DNA of 64,000 nucleotides from Terriglobia bacterium (GCA_963748015.1 CAVVHE010000004.1:1440001-1504000); one strand, 5' to 3'; positions 31,523 to 42,117 are shown, counted from the stretch's first letter. Numbers and translations: made by a program. Notes: a model not told the origin generated them from the letters alone.

Positions 31523-32960
31523 CGAGCACCTCGATCAGCCGGTCGGCGAGCGCGCGCTCCTGCGACGGGAGGACCGTGCGGAGATCGAGGAGCAGCTTCC
31601 CCTCGTGAACGCGCCCGAGGACGGGAGGGCTCCCCGACCGAAGTGCGCGCTCGATCCACCCCGCGTCGCCGCGGGAGTCCGTCACGGCGACGAGGCGCGT
31701 CGCGCGCTCGCCGAGCGGCGACGAGCCCCCGCCCGTCCGCGAGACCCCGTCCACGATCGCGAGGCTCGCCCCCGGCCCCGCGCGGCGCGAGACCGCCCGT
31801 GCGACGCGCTTCGCCCGGCGGCCGATCTGCTCCGCGGTCGCCGCGAGCATCCTCAAGGTCGGAACCTCCTCGAACGCCCGCCCCGCGACGTAGGCCGCGA
31901 GCGTCTCGCGAAGCGCCGCGATCAGCAGCCGGTCGAGGCGGCACACGCGCGCCATCGGGTCGCGCTTCATCCTGTCGATCAGGTCCAGGCGCCCGACCGC
32001 GATCCCCGCCTGCGGCCCGCCCAGCAGCTTGTCGCAGCTGAAGGTGACGACGTCGGCGCCCGCCTCGAGGATCCTCCGAACCGGGATCTCGTCCGCGATG
32101 CCGAGCGGCGACAGGTCGACGAGGTCCCCGCTCCCCCAGTCCACGACCAGCGGGATCCCCGCCTTCCGCGCGACGGCGGCGAGCTCCTCGATCGGCGTCT
32201 CCTCCGCGAAGCCGACGATCTTGAAGTTGCTGGTGTGCACCTTCAGGATCATCCCCGTCTTCGCCCCGAGCGCCGCCGCGTAGTCGGACTTGCGGGTGCG
32301 GTTCGTGGTGCCCACCTCCCGGAGCTTCGCCCCCGACGCGGCGAGGATCTCGGGCACGCGGAACGAGCCGCCGATCTCGACGAGCTCCCCGCGCGACACG
32401 ATCACTTCCCTGCCGCGCGCGAGCGCCCGCAGCGCCAGGAGGATCGCCGCCGCGTTGTTGTTCACCGCCGCGAACGCGCTCCCCGGGAACAGCCGCGCGA
32501 GCAACGGATCGAGGTGGGACATGCGGCTCCCGCGGGCCCCGCTCGCGAGGTCGAGCTCGAGATCGACGTAAGCCGATGCCGTGGCGGCCACCCGCCCCGC
32601 CGCCGCCTCCGAGAGGACGGACCGCCCGAGGTTGGTGTGGGCGACGACGCCGGTCGCGTTGATCACGATCCTGGGCGAGGGAGCGAGCAGCCCCGCGGCC
32701 CGGGTGCCCACGGCCCGGGCGAGCGCTTCCGGGGACGACGATTCCAGGAGCGCGGGCCCGGACGAGCGCCCCTCGCGCGCCGATCGTCTCAGCCCATCGA
32801 TCTCCTCGCGCAGCAAGCCGGTGACGAGACCGGCCCCGAACGCTTTCCCGAGGCTCTCGAAGCCCGGACTCTCGAGGACCTTCCCGACCGCCGGCAGCCC
32901 CCGCAGGTCCACCCGGCTCCCGGCCCCCCGCTTGCCCGGTTTCCGACGCTTCATTTGCAT
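31500..32960 (-). CDS. selA: L-seryl-tRNA(Sec) selenium transferase
   Basis: VINATGVVAHTNLGRS, VNNNAAA, SRGELVEIGGSFR, EVGTTNRT, KVHTSNF, FSCDKLLGGPQAG. Confidence 0.96.
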   Translation of the reverse strand: MQMKRRKPGKRGAGSRVDLRGLPAVGKVLESPGFESLGKAFGAGLVTGLLREEIDGLRRSAREGRSSGPALLESSSPEALARAVGTRAAGLLAPSPRIVINATGVVAHTNLGRSVLSEAAAGRVAATASAYVDLELDLASGARGSRMSHLDPLLARLFPGSAFAAVNNNAAAILLALRALARGREVIVSRGELVEIGGSFRVPEILAASGAKLREVGTTNRTRKSDYAAALGAKTGMILKVHTSNFKIVGFAEETPIEELAAVARKAGIPLVVDWGSGDLVDLSPLGIADEIPVRRILEAGADVVTFSCDKLLGGPQAGIAVGRLDLIDRMKRDPMARVCRLDRLLIAALRETLAAYVAGRAFEEVPTLRMLAATAEQIGRRAKRVARAVSRRAGPGASLAIVDGVSRTGGGSSPLGERATRLVAVTDSRGDAGWIERALRSGSPPVLGRVHEGKLLLDLRTVLPSQERALADRLIEVLVRPRSGS

Positions 32961-33049
32961 CGCCTTCCCCCCGTTCCTATATTTTGTCGCGGGCCGGTTC
33001 GCCCCAAAAGTCCGCCTCAGGAACAGGCGAGTATACGGAGAAACCGCTC

Positions 33050-33622
33050 GTGACGGATCGGCCGAACGGCGAGATCGAGGCCGAGCTCGAGCGTCTCGAG
33101 AACGGGCTCCGCCAGCTCAAGATCCAGTACGACATGTTCTTCGCCGGGGCGATTCCCAAGCAGCCCCTCGAGCTCCGCGCCGCGCTCGAGCGCGTCATCA
33201 AGCGCTACACGAGCGCGCCGCTCCGGAAGTACTCGCACCGTTTCCACTTCAACTCGCTCGCGGCCCGCTACAACAGCTTCTCCGAGCTCTGGGCGAAGAC
33301 CCTCAAGGGAATGGAGGAGGGCAACCGGAGCGCCCCCGCCCTTCACGACAGGGTAGCCCCCGGCGCGGAACGGATCCTTGCCCGGTGCCTGATCCACGAC
33401 GCCGCCGCGGAGCAAGAGGCCCTGAAGCTCCTGCACGAGCGCTTCCTCACCGCCCGCCGCAAAGCCGAGGGGAACGGGACCAAGGTCAGCTTCGAGTCGT
33501 TCCTGCGCGGGGTTTCGGCGCAGGCGGAGCGCCTCCGCGAGAAATCGGGCTGCGACCAGGTCGAGTTGCGCCTCGTCGTTCACGAGGGTAAGGTCTTACT
33601 GAAAGCACGCCCCAGCCGTTGA
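33050..33622 (+). CDS. Hypothetical protein, MXAN_5187 C-terminal-domain-like
   Basis: LRQLKIQYDMFFAG..P..RFHFNSLAARYNSFSELW..EEG pattern, recalled from that family; GTG start 33050. Confidence 0.6.
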   Translation: MTDRPNGEIEAELERLENGLRQLKIQYDMFFAGAIPKQPLELRAALERVIKRYTSAPLRKYSHRFHFNSLAARYNSFSELWAKTLKGMEEGNRSAPALHDRVAPGAERILARCLIHDAAAEQEALKLLHERFLTARRKAEGNGTKVSFESFLRGVSAQAERLREKSGCDQVELRLVVHEGKVLLKARPSR

Positions 33623-33644
33623 TCCGGGGCGGCGGGAGCTCGTC

Positions 33645-34712
33645 ATGAGGCGCCGCGGCGCGGTCGGTGGGATCCTTCTCCTTTCGCTCGCCCTCGGCGG
33701 CTTTTCCGCCGGGATGACCTTGGCCGCGGATCCCGCCCCGCAAGCGGCCGAGGCCGCCGCCGAAACGCCGAAGAAGAAGTCCTTCTGGGACAAGCTCCGC
33801 CTGCGAGGCAAGAAGACCGAGACCGAGGCCGCGCCCGCCGCGGCCCCCGCAGGACAGGCAGCGGCGCCGGCCGGACAGGCAACGGCGCCGGCCGGACAGG
33901 CCGCCGCACCGGCGAAGACGTCCGCACCCGCTTCGAGCACGGCCGCACCGGCGAACGCCTCGGCCCCCAAGCCCGTGGCCGCGGCGACCGTGACGACCGC
34001 GGCGGCGGTCGAGAAGAAGCCGGCCCCCAAGTCCCCCATGCCCTCCTCGCTCGCGAAGACCCAGGCCCGCATGCAGAAAAGTCCGCTCGCCGCCGACCCG
34101 GCGTCCAAGGCTCTCCTCGACGCCGTGGAGAGCCCATCCGTGACGGGAGACCAGGTCAACCAGCTCGCCGTCCTCCTCGGCCGGCGCGGCGCCTACCGGG
34201 ACGCGATCGCTTACCAGGACTGGGCCGTCAAGCTCACTCCCAACGACCCGAGCTACTGGATCAACCTCGGCACGCTGCACCGGGCGCTCGACGAGCAGTC
34301 CGCGGCGGGCTCCGCCTACAAGCGCGCCCTCGAGATTGATCCCAACAACGGCGCCGCGCACTACAACCTCGGCGCGGTGTACGAGAGGCAGGGCGACTAC
34401 GACAACGCGGTGGATCAGTACCGCATCGCGCTCATCCTCGACCCGAAGCTGGCTGATCCGAAGGTCAACCCGCAGGTCGTCAACAACGAGCGGTTGATGG
34501 TCGTGCAGCTCCTGAACTACTCGAGACAGGCCGGCTCGACGAGCCTCCCGTTGATGGGCGCGCCGCCCGTTGCCGCGCCCCCGGCACCGGCCAAGGCTCC
34601 CACCGCGGCACCCGCGGCTCCGCCGAAAACCCCCGTCCCGGCTCCTGCCCAGGCTCCCCCGGCCGGGCAGCGCCCCCCCGCCACCGGCACGACGCAGGAA
34701 ACCAAGAAGTAG
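33645..34712 (+). CDS. Exported TPR protein with Ala/Pro-rich low-complexity arms
   Basis: Signal peptide; TPRs YWINLGTLH, AHYNLGAVYE; AP-rich N- and C-terminal regions. Confidence 0.8.
   Translation: MRRRGAVGGILLLSLALGGFSAGMTLAADPAPQAAEAAAETPKKKSFWDKLRLRGKKTETEAAPAAAPAGQAAAPAGQATAPAGQAAAPAKTSAPASSTAAPANASAPKPVAAATVTTAAAVEKKPAPKSPMPSSLAKTQARMQKSPLAADPASKALLDAVESPSVTGDQVNQLAVLLGRRGAYRDAIAYQDWAVKLTPNDPSYWINLGTLHRALDEQSAAGSAYKRALEIDPNNGAAHYNLGAVYERQGDYDNAVDQYRIALILDPKLADPKVNPQVVNNERLMVVQLLNYSRQAGSTSLPLMGAPPVAAPPAPAKAPTAAPAAPPKTPVPAPAQAPPAGQRPPATGTTQETKK
33852..33914 (+). repeat. In-frame 3 x 21-nt tandem repeat (GQAAAPA)
   Basis: GGACAGGC..CGGCGCCGGCC-type units, three copies. Confidence 0.8.
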
Positions 34713-34786
34713 GCGCCCCGCAAGGGCCTGCAAAGGCGCCCGCGCGACCCCGCGCCGCGCTCCCGATCTGTTAAACTCCGCCCCTC

Positions 34787-35557
34787 ATGGCGTCCTTCCG
34801 GCCGATCGCGCTCGCCGTCCTCCTCTCGCTCGCCGCCGCTCCGGCGCGGGCGTGGACCCCTCGCACGCGCGTCCAGATGGTCGACGAGGCCGTGCGCCTC
34901 TTGCCCGCATCGCTTCGCCTCGCGATCGAGCACCGCAGGGAGCCCCTCCTCCGAGGCATGCTCGAGCCGATGACCGGCGAGGACGGCCCGGGCCACCGTC
35001 CCCCGTGGCAGGGCGGCACCCTCGACGCCGAGATCGCGGAGCGGGCCGCGGCGCTCGTCCGGTCCGTGGAGTCCGCCGCGCCCTTCGACGAGGTCGCGCG
35101 CTCCTTCGGCGCCCTCGCCCACTTCGTCGCGGACGCCGGGTATCCTCCTGGCGCCGCGGGGGCAGGCGGGGCCGCGCGCTACGCCGATTTCGCGTCGTTC
35201 TGCGAGTCGCGACGTCCCCGCTTCCCGCTCGTCTTCTATGGCTACGACGATCCCGACCTCGCTCGCGGGGACTTCCGGGGGTTCGCCCGGCGCGTCCTCG
35301 AGCGCGCGCGGAAGGAGTTCCCGAGCCTCGAGCGCGCGTACGCCGCGGCCGGGACGCCTCCCGACCCGGCTGCTTTCGACGACCGCTCGGTGCCCTTCGC
35401 CGTGGCGTCCCTTTCCTACTCGAACGCCGTGACCGACATCGCGAAAGCGTGGCTGGCGGCGTGGCAGGCCGCCCACGGCGACGTGGGACGCACCCCGTAT
35501 CGCGCCCCGCGCGCCGTTTCGCCCGAGGACAGGAAGAAGGAAGAAAGGAACCCGTGA
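34787..35557 (+). CDS. Exported protein, S1/P1 nuclease or Zn-phospholipase C-like fold (degenerate)
   Basis: Signal peptide ARA-W, HFVADAGYP motif, helical C-terminus AVTDIAKAW; TGATG overlap with purH. Confidence 0.5.
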   Translation: MASFRPIALAVLLSLAAAPARAWTPRTRVQMVDEAVRLLPASLRLAIEHRREPLLRGMLEPMTGEDGPGHRPPWQGGTLDAEIAERAAALVRSVESAAPFDEVARSFGALAHFVADAGYPPGAAGAGGAARYADFASFCESRRPRFPLVFYGYDDPDLARGDFRGFARRVLERARKEFPSLERAYAAAGTPPDPAAFDDRSVPFAVASLSYSNAVTDIAKAWLAAWQAAHGDVGRTPYRAPRAVSPEDRKKEERNP

Positions 35558-37131
35558 TGGTCGAACCGATCGGCCGGGCCCTCGTGAGCGCATTCGACAA
35601 GGAAGGCATCGTCCCGTTCTGCCGGGACCTCTACGCCGCCGGGATCGAGCTCCTCTCCACCGGAGGGACGGCGCGCCTCCTCAAGGAGAACGGGGTGCCC
35701 GTCGTCAGGGTGTCCGAGCGGACAGGGTTCCCCGAGATGCTCGACGGCCGCGTCAAGACGCTCCACCCGCGGATCCACGCGGGGATCCTCGCCGTGCGCT
35801 CGGACGCGAGGCACATGGAGGACCTGAAGCGGTCGGGCATCGACCCGATCGACCTCGTCGTGTCGAACCTCTACCCGTTCGAGAAGACCGCCTCGATGGA
35901 GGGGATCGGCCTCGCCGAGGTCGTGGAGATGATCGACGTGGGCGGGCCCACGATGGTGCGAGCCGCGGCCAAGAACTTCGCCCACGTGGGGGTCGTGGTG
36001 GACCCCTCGGACTACGGATGGGTGCTCGACGAGATCCGGGACGAGGGGGGCCTGTCGTCCGAGAGCCGCCTGCGCCTCGCGGTCAAGGCGTTCCGCCACA
36101 CGTGCGCCTACGACGCCGCCGTTTCCGCGTACCTGAGCCGGATCGGCCCCGGAGGAGCGCTTCCCGGGGCCGCGAGCGGAGGCTTCCCCGAGAAGCTCGA
36201 GATGAGCTTCTTCAAGTCGCTCGACCTGGTGTACGGGGAGAACCCGCACCAGCGGGCCGCCTTCTACCGCGATCCCCTGGCGACCGGCCCCTCGGTCAGC
36301 CGCGCCGTCCAGCTCCAGGGGAAGCCGCTCTCGTTCAACAACATCCTCGACTTCGACGGAGCGCTGATCCTCGTGGCGGCCTTCCGCGGCGAGGCGTGCG
36401 CGATCGTCAAGCACGGCAATCCCTGCGGCGCCGCCCTGGGACGAGACGCTGCCGACGCGTTCCGCAAGGCGCTCGAGTGCGATCCGCAGAGCGCGTTCGG
36501 AGGCGTCATCTCGTTCAACTCCGCGGTCGACCGGGAGGCCGCCGAGGCCGTGGCCGAGGCGTTCTACGAGGGGGTGGTCGCCCCCGCCTTCGAGGAGGGG
36601 GCGAGGGAGATCCTGGGCCGCAAGAAGAACCTCAGGCTCCTCCAGTGCGGAAACCTCTCCGGCTTCGTCCGCTCTGGCTGGGACCTCCGCCGCGTGAGCG
36701 GGGGCCTACTCGCCCAGGACTGGGACGACGCGCCGGATCCGATCGCCGAGGCGAAGGTCGTGACGCGCCGCGCGCCGACCGAGCAGGAATGGAAGGCGAT
36801 GGAGTTCGCCTGGACGGTCGTCCGGAACGTCAAGTCGAACGCGATCGTGTACGCCCTTCCCGACCGGACCGTGGGGATCGGGGCGGGCCAGATGAGCCGC
36901 GTGGATTCCGCGCGCTTCGGTATCGAGAAGGCCCGCCGGTCGCTTCAGGGGGCGGTGGTGGCGTCCGACGCGTTCTTCCCGTTCCGCGACGGGCTCGACG
37001 TCGCCGCCGGCGCCGGGGTGACCGCGGCGATCCAGCCGGGCGGCTCGATCCGCGACCAGGAAGTGATCGCCGCGGCCGACGAGCACGGGATGGCGATGGT
37101 GTTCATCGGCCGGCGCCACTTCCGTCACTGA
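35557..37131 (+). CDS. purH: Bifunctional AICAR transformylase/IMP cyclohydrolase
   Basis: [55 protein letters not shown]. Confidence 0.97.
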   Translation: MVEPIGRALVSAFDKEGIVPFCRDLYAAGIELLSTGGTARLLKENGVPVVRVSERTGFPEMLDGRVKTLHPRIHAGILAVRSDARHMEDLKRSGIDPIDLVVSNLYPFEKTASMEGIGLAEVVEMIDVGGPTMVRAAAKNFAHVGVVVDPSDYGWVLDEIRDEGGLSSESRLRLAVKAFRHTCAYDAAVSAYLSRIGPGGALPGAASGGFPEKLEMSFFKSLDLVYGENPHQRAAFYRDPLATGPSVSRAVQLQGKPLSFNNILDFDGALILVAAFRGEACAIVKHGNPCGAALGRDAADAFRKALECDPQSAFGGVISFNSAVDREAAEAVAEAFYEGVVAPAFEEGAREILGRKKNLRLLQCGNLSGFVRSGWDLRRVSGGLLAQDWDDAPDPIAEAKVVTRRAPTEQEWKAMEFAWTVVRNVKSNAIVYALPDRTVGIGAGQMSRVDSARFGIEKARRSLQGAVVASDAFFPFRDGLDVAAGAGVTAAIQPGGSIRDQEVIAAADEHGMAMVFIGRRHFRH

Positions 37132-37134
37132 GTC

Positions 37135-39153
37135 TCATTCGTCGAACTTGCGGAACGGTATCCCCTCGGCCGCGTCGTAGAACGCGCGGTCCTTCGGCGC
37201 CGCCTGGAACCTCTGGGCCATGTTCCTCGCCCGGAGGACGTCGGGATCGCCCGGGCGGATCTGGAGCGCCTCGGCGAAGTGCTCCTGCGCTTCCTTGCAG
37301 TTGCCGGCGCGCAGCGACACCAGGCCGTTGTTGAACCAGGCGTTGGCCTTGTGGCGCTCGATCTCCGCCGCGTACCGCCCCTCCGGTATCCGGTACAGGA
37401 TCTTGAGGGCCGGGGTGAACTCCCCTTCCGCGAACATCGTCTTCGCGCGATCGATCTGTTCTCGCTCCGCCTTTTGCGCTTTGTACTGCTCCCCCGCGAG
37501 CGCGAGTCCCGTTCTCGCCTCGTCGAAGCCCGGGTCGAGCGTCAGCGCTGCGTTGTACGCGATGACCGCGGCGGCGTAGTCGCCGGCGTCCACCGCCGCC
37601 TTCGCGCGCGCCATCGCCTCGGAAGCGCTCTTCACGCCGGGCATCGGCGCGGGAGCGGGCGCGGCGGCGGTCGTGGGCCGGGGCTTCGGCGCGGGCTTCG
37701 CCTCGGCCTTGGCCCGCGCGGGCGGAGAGGCCGCGGAGCTCTTGCCGCGGATCATGGGGACGACGAAGAACAGGATCGCGCCGACGGCCACGACGGCCAC
37801 GAGGAGCCCCACTCCCGCGAGCAGCGGCCACGGCAGCGAGGACCTTCTCGGCGCGGCCGAGCGCGCCGGGGTCGCCGCGGCGAGATCGAGGTCCGCCTCG
37901 GCCCGGCCCGACGAGCGGTGGAGAGCCGTCAGGATCGGATCCGCGGGCGCTGCGCGTTCCTGGAGGAGAATCGCGGCGGACAACGGCTCGGCCGCGAAGG
38001 TGCGGGGGCCCGTCGGGGTGTTCGCGTCCCCTTCCTCGAGCCTCGGCGCGGGTTGCAGCAGGTCCTCTCCCTGGAAATCGGTCAGCGGCGTTCCCGCCGC
38101 CCCGCCGAACGCGGTTCCTTCCCGCGCCGCCAGCGCCGAGTCCGTCTTCTCGAGGTAGTCGAGGGCCTCGATGTGCCCGGGGTACCGGTCCAGGACGTTC
38201 CGGAAATGCGTCCTCGCCTCGTCGAGCCGGCCCTTCTCGTAGCTCTCGACGCCCTCCGCCAGCCAGTTCTCCACGTCACGGGAGGACTGGCCCTGGATGG
38301 CGCGGAGCCGTTCCTCCATCTCCACCGCCTCCTCGTTCTGCTCGTCGAGGATGAAGACGCGGGAGAGGATGGCGAGCGCCTCGTCGACGCGGCCGCTCGT
38401 TTCCTCCTGCCGCGCCTCTTCGAGAAGGTCGCTCACCCGCCGCTTCAGCTCCGCCGCCGCGGCGTCGCCTCCCGCGGGCGGAGTCTCCTCCCGCGCCGCG
38501 GGAACGGCCGGTGCCGCCCCCGCGGGCGGTGCCTGGGGCGCGCCCGCAGGCGGCCTCGCCGATTCGAGCCGGGTCGAGAGCGTGTCGAGGACCGCCAGGT
38601 CCGTCGCGTGGGGATCCCCGGCCCCGGCCGCGCTCCCGCATTGGCGCAGCAGGTTCGTCGCCTCGAAATGGTGGGGGTCCACCGAGAGGATCCTCCGGCA
38701 GGCGGCCTCGGCCTCGACGATCCGCCCGGCCACGAGGCCGGCGTTGGCAAGGACGAGCTGCTCCTGGATGAACGGCTCGGCTTCGAGCGCGATGCGGGCG
38801 CGGTTTTGAGCTTCGAGCACCGAGGGGTCCGACGGGAACTCCGCCGCGAGCGCTTCCGCCGCGCCGGCCGCGCCTTGGAGGTCTCCGGCCTCCATGCGGG
38901 CATCCACCTCGTCGATGCGCCGCCTCAGCTCGGCCGGATCGCTCCGACCGAAAGCGACGTCCGGCATCGGGGGCATCGCGTTCGGGCTGCCTTCCGCGAG
39001 CATCGCGGCGAGACGGACGCCCTCGAGCGCCTGCTCGTCGCCGGGGTCGATCCGGAGCACCGACTGCCACGCGGCGAGCGCTTCGCGATAGTCGCCGCGC
39101 AGATAGCTCTCGGATGCGCGTTCGTGCAATTGCAGCGTGTCCTGACGATCCAT
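37135..39153 (-). CDS. Large membrane-anchored TPR protein
   Basis: Several TPR-like helices (LRIDPGDEQA, LTLDPGFDEA), one TM segment LLAGVGLLVAVVAVGAILFFVV; start ATG 39153. Confidence 0.75.
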   Translation of the reverse strand: MDRQDTLQLHERASESYLRGDYREALAAWQSVLRIDPGDEQALEGVRLAAMLAEGSPNAMPPMPDVAFGRSDPAELRRRIDEVDARMEAGDLQGAAGAAEALAAEFPSDPSVLEAQNRARIALEAEPFIQEQLVLANAGLVAGRIVEAEAACRRILSVDPHHFEATNLLRQCGSAAGAGDPHATDLAVLDTLSTRLESARPPAGAPQAPPAGAAPAVPAAREETPPAGGDAAAAELKRRVSDLLEEARQEETSGRVDEALAILSRVFILDEQNEEAVEMEERLRAIQGQSSRDVENWLAEGVESYEKGRLDEARTHFRNVLDRYPGHIEALDYLEKTDSALAAREGTAFGGAAGTPLTDFQGEDLLQPAPRLEEGDANTPTGPRTFAAEPLSAAILLQERAAPADPILTALHRSSGRAEADLDLAAATPARSAAPRRSSLPWPLLAGVGLLVAVVAVGAILFFVVPMIRGKSSAASPPARAKAEAKPAPKPRPTTAAAPAPAPMPGVKSASEAMARAKAAVDAGDYAAAVIAYNAALTLDPGFDEARTGLALAGEQYKAQKAEREQIDRAKTMFAEGEFTPALKILYRIPEGRYAAEIERHKANAWFNNGLVSLRAGNCKEAQEHFAEALQIRPGDPDVLRARNMAQRFQAAPKDRAFYDAAEGIPFRKFDE

Positions 39154-39235
39154 GCTCGTCCCCGTCTCGGCACACCACGGCCGGTGGGGCAAATATAGGT
39201 TTGGAGAACGAATCGGCCAGTTCGGCCGGTTGGCG

Positions 39236-39502
39236 TCAGCTGGCCTTCCGCCGGCGGGACAGGTAGGCCTCCCGGCAGCCGTCGGAGCAGAAGAAGTGCT
39301 CGCCGTCCCCCTCGCGCACCGTCAAGGCGCGGGACTTCGGCAGGAAGGTCTGGCAGATCCTGTCCCGGACCATCGCCCCCTCGAATCGCGGCACGGCCTG
39401 GCGCTGGGCCGGGCCGGCGCTGCCGAGCGTCGCCGTCATGCGGCGGAGCAGCCACCACGCGCCGATCGCGGCGACGATCAGGATGAGTAGGCGCCGGATC
39501 AC
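39236..39502 (-). CDS. Small membrane-anchored YHS/TRASH-like (PP0621-like) protein
   Basis: N-terminal TM, MVRDRICQTFLP...HFFCSDGCR; GTG 39502 overlaps upstream TGA. Confidence 0.75.
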   Translation of the reverse strand: MIRRLLILIVAAIGAWWLLRRMTATLGSAGPAQRQAVPRFEGAMVRDRICQTFLPKSRALTVREGDGEHFFCSDGCREAYLSRRRKAS

Positions 39503-40107
39503 GAGGGCTTCCCCTGCGACGCCTTCGCTCGGGCGAGGTTCTGGCGCAGCCCGTCCAGGCCGGGGGCGGCGGGGTTGACCTTCAAGAGCTTCGAGATCGC
39601 GTCGTCGGCCACCTCGAACCGGCCGAGGTCCAGTCCCGCGACCACCGCCGTGTTGTACAGCGACTGCCAGTGCGCGGGATCCGCCTCGTTCGCGCGCCGG
39701 AAGTAATCGAGCGCCTCTTCGAATCGGCGGAGCTGCTGGCAGCAGATCCCGGCGTCGGTGAGGACGTTCGAATTCTGCGGTCCGATCTCCAGCGCGCGCC
39801 GGTAGTAACCGAGCGCCTCCGCCCACCGCGAGGTGTCGTACATCAGGTTGCCGAGGTGCGTCAGGGCCTCGACGTTCTTCGGGTCCATCGCGAGTATGCG
39901 CTGTAGGTTCGCGAACTCCTCCGGCGGAACCGCTCCCGGCGGGGCGACGCCGGCCGGAGGGGAAGAGCTCGGGGAGGACGCTGCCGGCGCGCCGGAGCCG
40001 CCCGTGGCGCTCGACGTATCGCGCCCCGTGAAGTCGTAAAGGCCGTACGCGACCAGCGCGCCCAGGAGCACGCCGCCGGCGAGGTAGAGCCAGTTTTCCT
40101 TCTTCAC
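39499..40107 (-). CDS. TPR protein with N-terminal membrane anchor
   Basis: DPKNVEALTHLGNLMYD, YRRALEI, VLTDAGIC, HWQSLYN; GTG start 40107. Confidence 0.8.
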   Translation of the reverse strand: MKKENWLYLAGGVLLGALVAYGLYDFTGRDTSSATGGSGAPAASSPSSSPPAGVAPPGAVPPEEFANLQRILAMDPKNVEALTHLGNLMYDTSRWAEALGYYRRALEIGPQNSNVLTDAGICCQQLRRFEEALDYFRRANEADPAHWQSLYNTAVVAGLDLGRFEVADDAISKLLKVNPAAPGLDGLRQNLARAKASQGKPS

Positions 40108-40194
40108 CCGAATCACCTCGAACGCAGCGCGAGTCACCGTAGCGCCGGGGTCCTGGGCTGTCAAGGAACGGCGAACTCGGGTAGACTCGCCGCG

Positions 40195-41304
40195 ATGGTT
40201 CGCGCGTCCGACCCCGCCCCGCCCGATCTCTACGGCCTCGACCGGGAGGCGCTGGCGGAGCGGGTCGAGGAGCTCGGCGCGAAGAGGTACCACGCGGGCC
40301 AGATCTTTCGGTGGCTCTATCACTTCCGCCGGTACGACCCCTCCGGCTGGACCGATCTCCCCCTCCCCCTTCGGGCCAGGATCGCGGGCGCGTTCCGGGT
40401 GGACCCGGGGACGATCGCAAGCCTAGCTTCAGCGCGGGACGGGACCGTCAAGTTCGGCATCGCGCTCTCCGGCGGGGGGACGGTCGAGGCCGTCGGCATG
40501 GAGCAGCGGGGGCGCGCGACGCTTTGCCTGTCGAGCCAGGTCGGCTGCGCCCTCGACTGCGATTTCTGCCTCACCGGGAAGATGGGGCTCGTTCGCCACC
40601 TCTCGCCGGGCGAGATCGTGGGACAGGTCGCGCGGATCCAGGAGGACCGGAAGATCGACGGCGCGTTCAACGTGGTCTTCATGGGGATGGGCGAGCCGCT
40701 CCACAACTACGACGGGGTGATGGCCGCGGTGCGGCTCCTCGTGGACCCGGACGGCTTCGGCCTCTCGCACAAGCGCATCACCGTCTCCACCTCGGGCCTC
40801 GTCCCGGGGATCGAGCGGCTCGCGTCCGAGACCGTGCGCCCGCGCCTCGCCGTCTCGCTCAACGCCACCACCGACGCGACGCGCGACCGGCTGATGCCGG
40901 TGAACCGCAAGTACCCGATCGCCCGGCTGCTCGAGGCGTGCCGCGCCTACGCGGGCGCGACCGGCGAGAGGTTCACCCTCGAATACGTCCTGCTCCGAGG
41001 GATCAACGACGCGGACGCGGACGTCGAGCGGCTCGCGCGGATCGTGCGCGGCCAGCGCGCGAAGCTCAACCTGATCCCGTTCAATCCCGTCCCGGGCTGG
41101 CTCGACTACCAGCCGTCCCCGAAGGCGCGAGTCGAAGCCATCCGCGACCGGCTGCTCGCGCTCAACGTTCCGGTCAGCATTCGATGGAGCCGCGGAGCGG
41201 AGGCGCGTGCCGCCTGCGGGCAGCTCGCGCTGCTCCCCGACCGGCCGAAAGACGGTGCGGCCCCGGAGGCCGGGCCTCCCGCGCCCGCCAGGAGAAATCG
41301 ATGA
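40195..41304 (+). CDS. rlmN: 23S rRNA (adenine2503-C2) methyltransferase
   Basis: SSQVGCALDCDFCLTG, VFMGMGEP, ITVSTSG, NLIPFN, AACGQL. Confidence 0.95.
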   Translation: MVRASDPAPPDLYGLDREALAERVEELGAKRYHAGQIFRWLYHFRRYDPSGWTDLPLPLRARIAGAFRVDPGTIASLASARDGTVKFGIALSGGGTVEAVGMEQRGRATLCLSSQVGCALDCDFCLTGKMGLVRHLSPGEIVGQVARIQEDRKIDGAFNVVFMGMGEPLHNYDGVMAAVRLLVDPDGFGLSHKRITVSTSGLVPGIERLASETVRPRLAVSLNATTDATRDRLMPVNRKYPIARLLEACRAYAGATGERFTLEYVLLRGINDADADVERLARIVRGQRAKLNLIPFNPVPGWLDYQPSPKARVEAIRDRLLALNVPVSIRWSRGAEARAACGQLALLPDRPKDGAAPEAGPPAPARRNR

Positions 41305-42056
41305 TCGACCTCAGCGGAAAGTCCGTCGTCGTGACCGGCGGCTCGCGCGGCATCGGCCGCGCGTGCTGTCTCGCCCTCGCCCGCGCCGGGGCGAGGGTCT
41401 GCGTCAACTACCGGGTCGAGTCGCCGTCGGCCGAGCTCGCCGTCGAGGAGATCGAGAGCGGCGGCGGCGAGGCGTTCGCCCTCGCCGCGGACGTCTCGCG
41501 GCGCGAGGAGGCCGACATGCTCGTGGACGAGGTCGTGCACCGATTCGGCGGGCTCGACATCCTCGTGAACAACGCGGGCATCTGGAAGGGATCGCCCGTG
41601 GACGAGATGACCGACGCCGAGTGGGAAGAGACGATGGCGATCAACATGACCGGGACGTTCTTCTGCACGCGCGCTGCGGTCCCGTTCATGAAGAACGCGC
41701 GCTGGGGGCGGATCATCAACGTCTCGAGCACCGCCGGGCAGCGCGGCGAGGCGTTCCACTCGCACTACGCCGCGAGCAAGGGGGCGATGATCTCGTTCAC
41801 CAAGTCGCTCGCGGTGGAGCTGGCCCCGCACGGGATCACGGTCAACTGCGTCGCCCCCGGCTGGGTCGCCACCGACATGAGCCAGGAGTCGCTCCTCGGC
41901 CCCGAGCGCGATGCGATCCTCGCGACGATCCCCCTCGGGCGCGTCGCGCGCCCCGAGGAGATCGCCGGCGCCGTCGCCTTCCTCGCGTCCGACCTCGCCT
42001 CGTTCGTGACCGGCGAGATCTTGAACGTCAACGGCGGCGCCGTCCTGGTCGGCTAG
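41301..42056 (+). CDS. SDR oxidoreductase, FabG-like
   Basis: TGGSRGIG, NNAG, YAASK, VNCVAPG; ATG 41301 overlaps rlmN stop. Confidence 0.9.
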   Translation: MIDLSGKSVVVTGGSRGIGRACCLALARAGARVCVNYRVESPSAELAVEEIESGGGEAFALAADVSRREEADMLVDEVVHRFGGLDILVNNAGIWKGSPVDEMTDAEWEETMAINMTGTFFCTRAAVPFMKNARWGRIINVSSTAGQRGEAFHSHYAASKGAMISFTKSLAVELAPHGITVNCVAPGWVATDMSQESLLGPERDAILATIPLGRVARPEEIAGAVAFLASDLASFVTGEILNVNGGAVLVG

Positions 42057-42095
42057 TCGGCGATTCGCGCTCGAGCTCGAACGCGAATCGCCGAC
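42056..42095. repeat. 40-bp near-perfect palindrome between convergent genes
   Basis: GTCGGCGATTCGCG-c-TCGAGCTCGA-a-CGCGAATCGCCGAC, one mismatched pair. Confidence 0.8.
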
Positions 42096-42117
42096 CACCC
42101 GAACCGAGCCGGACCTC

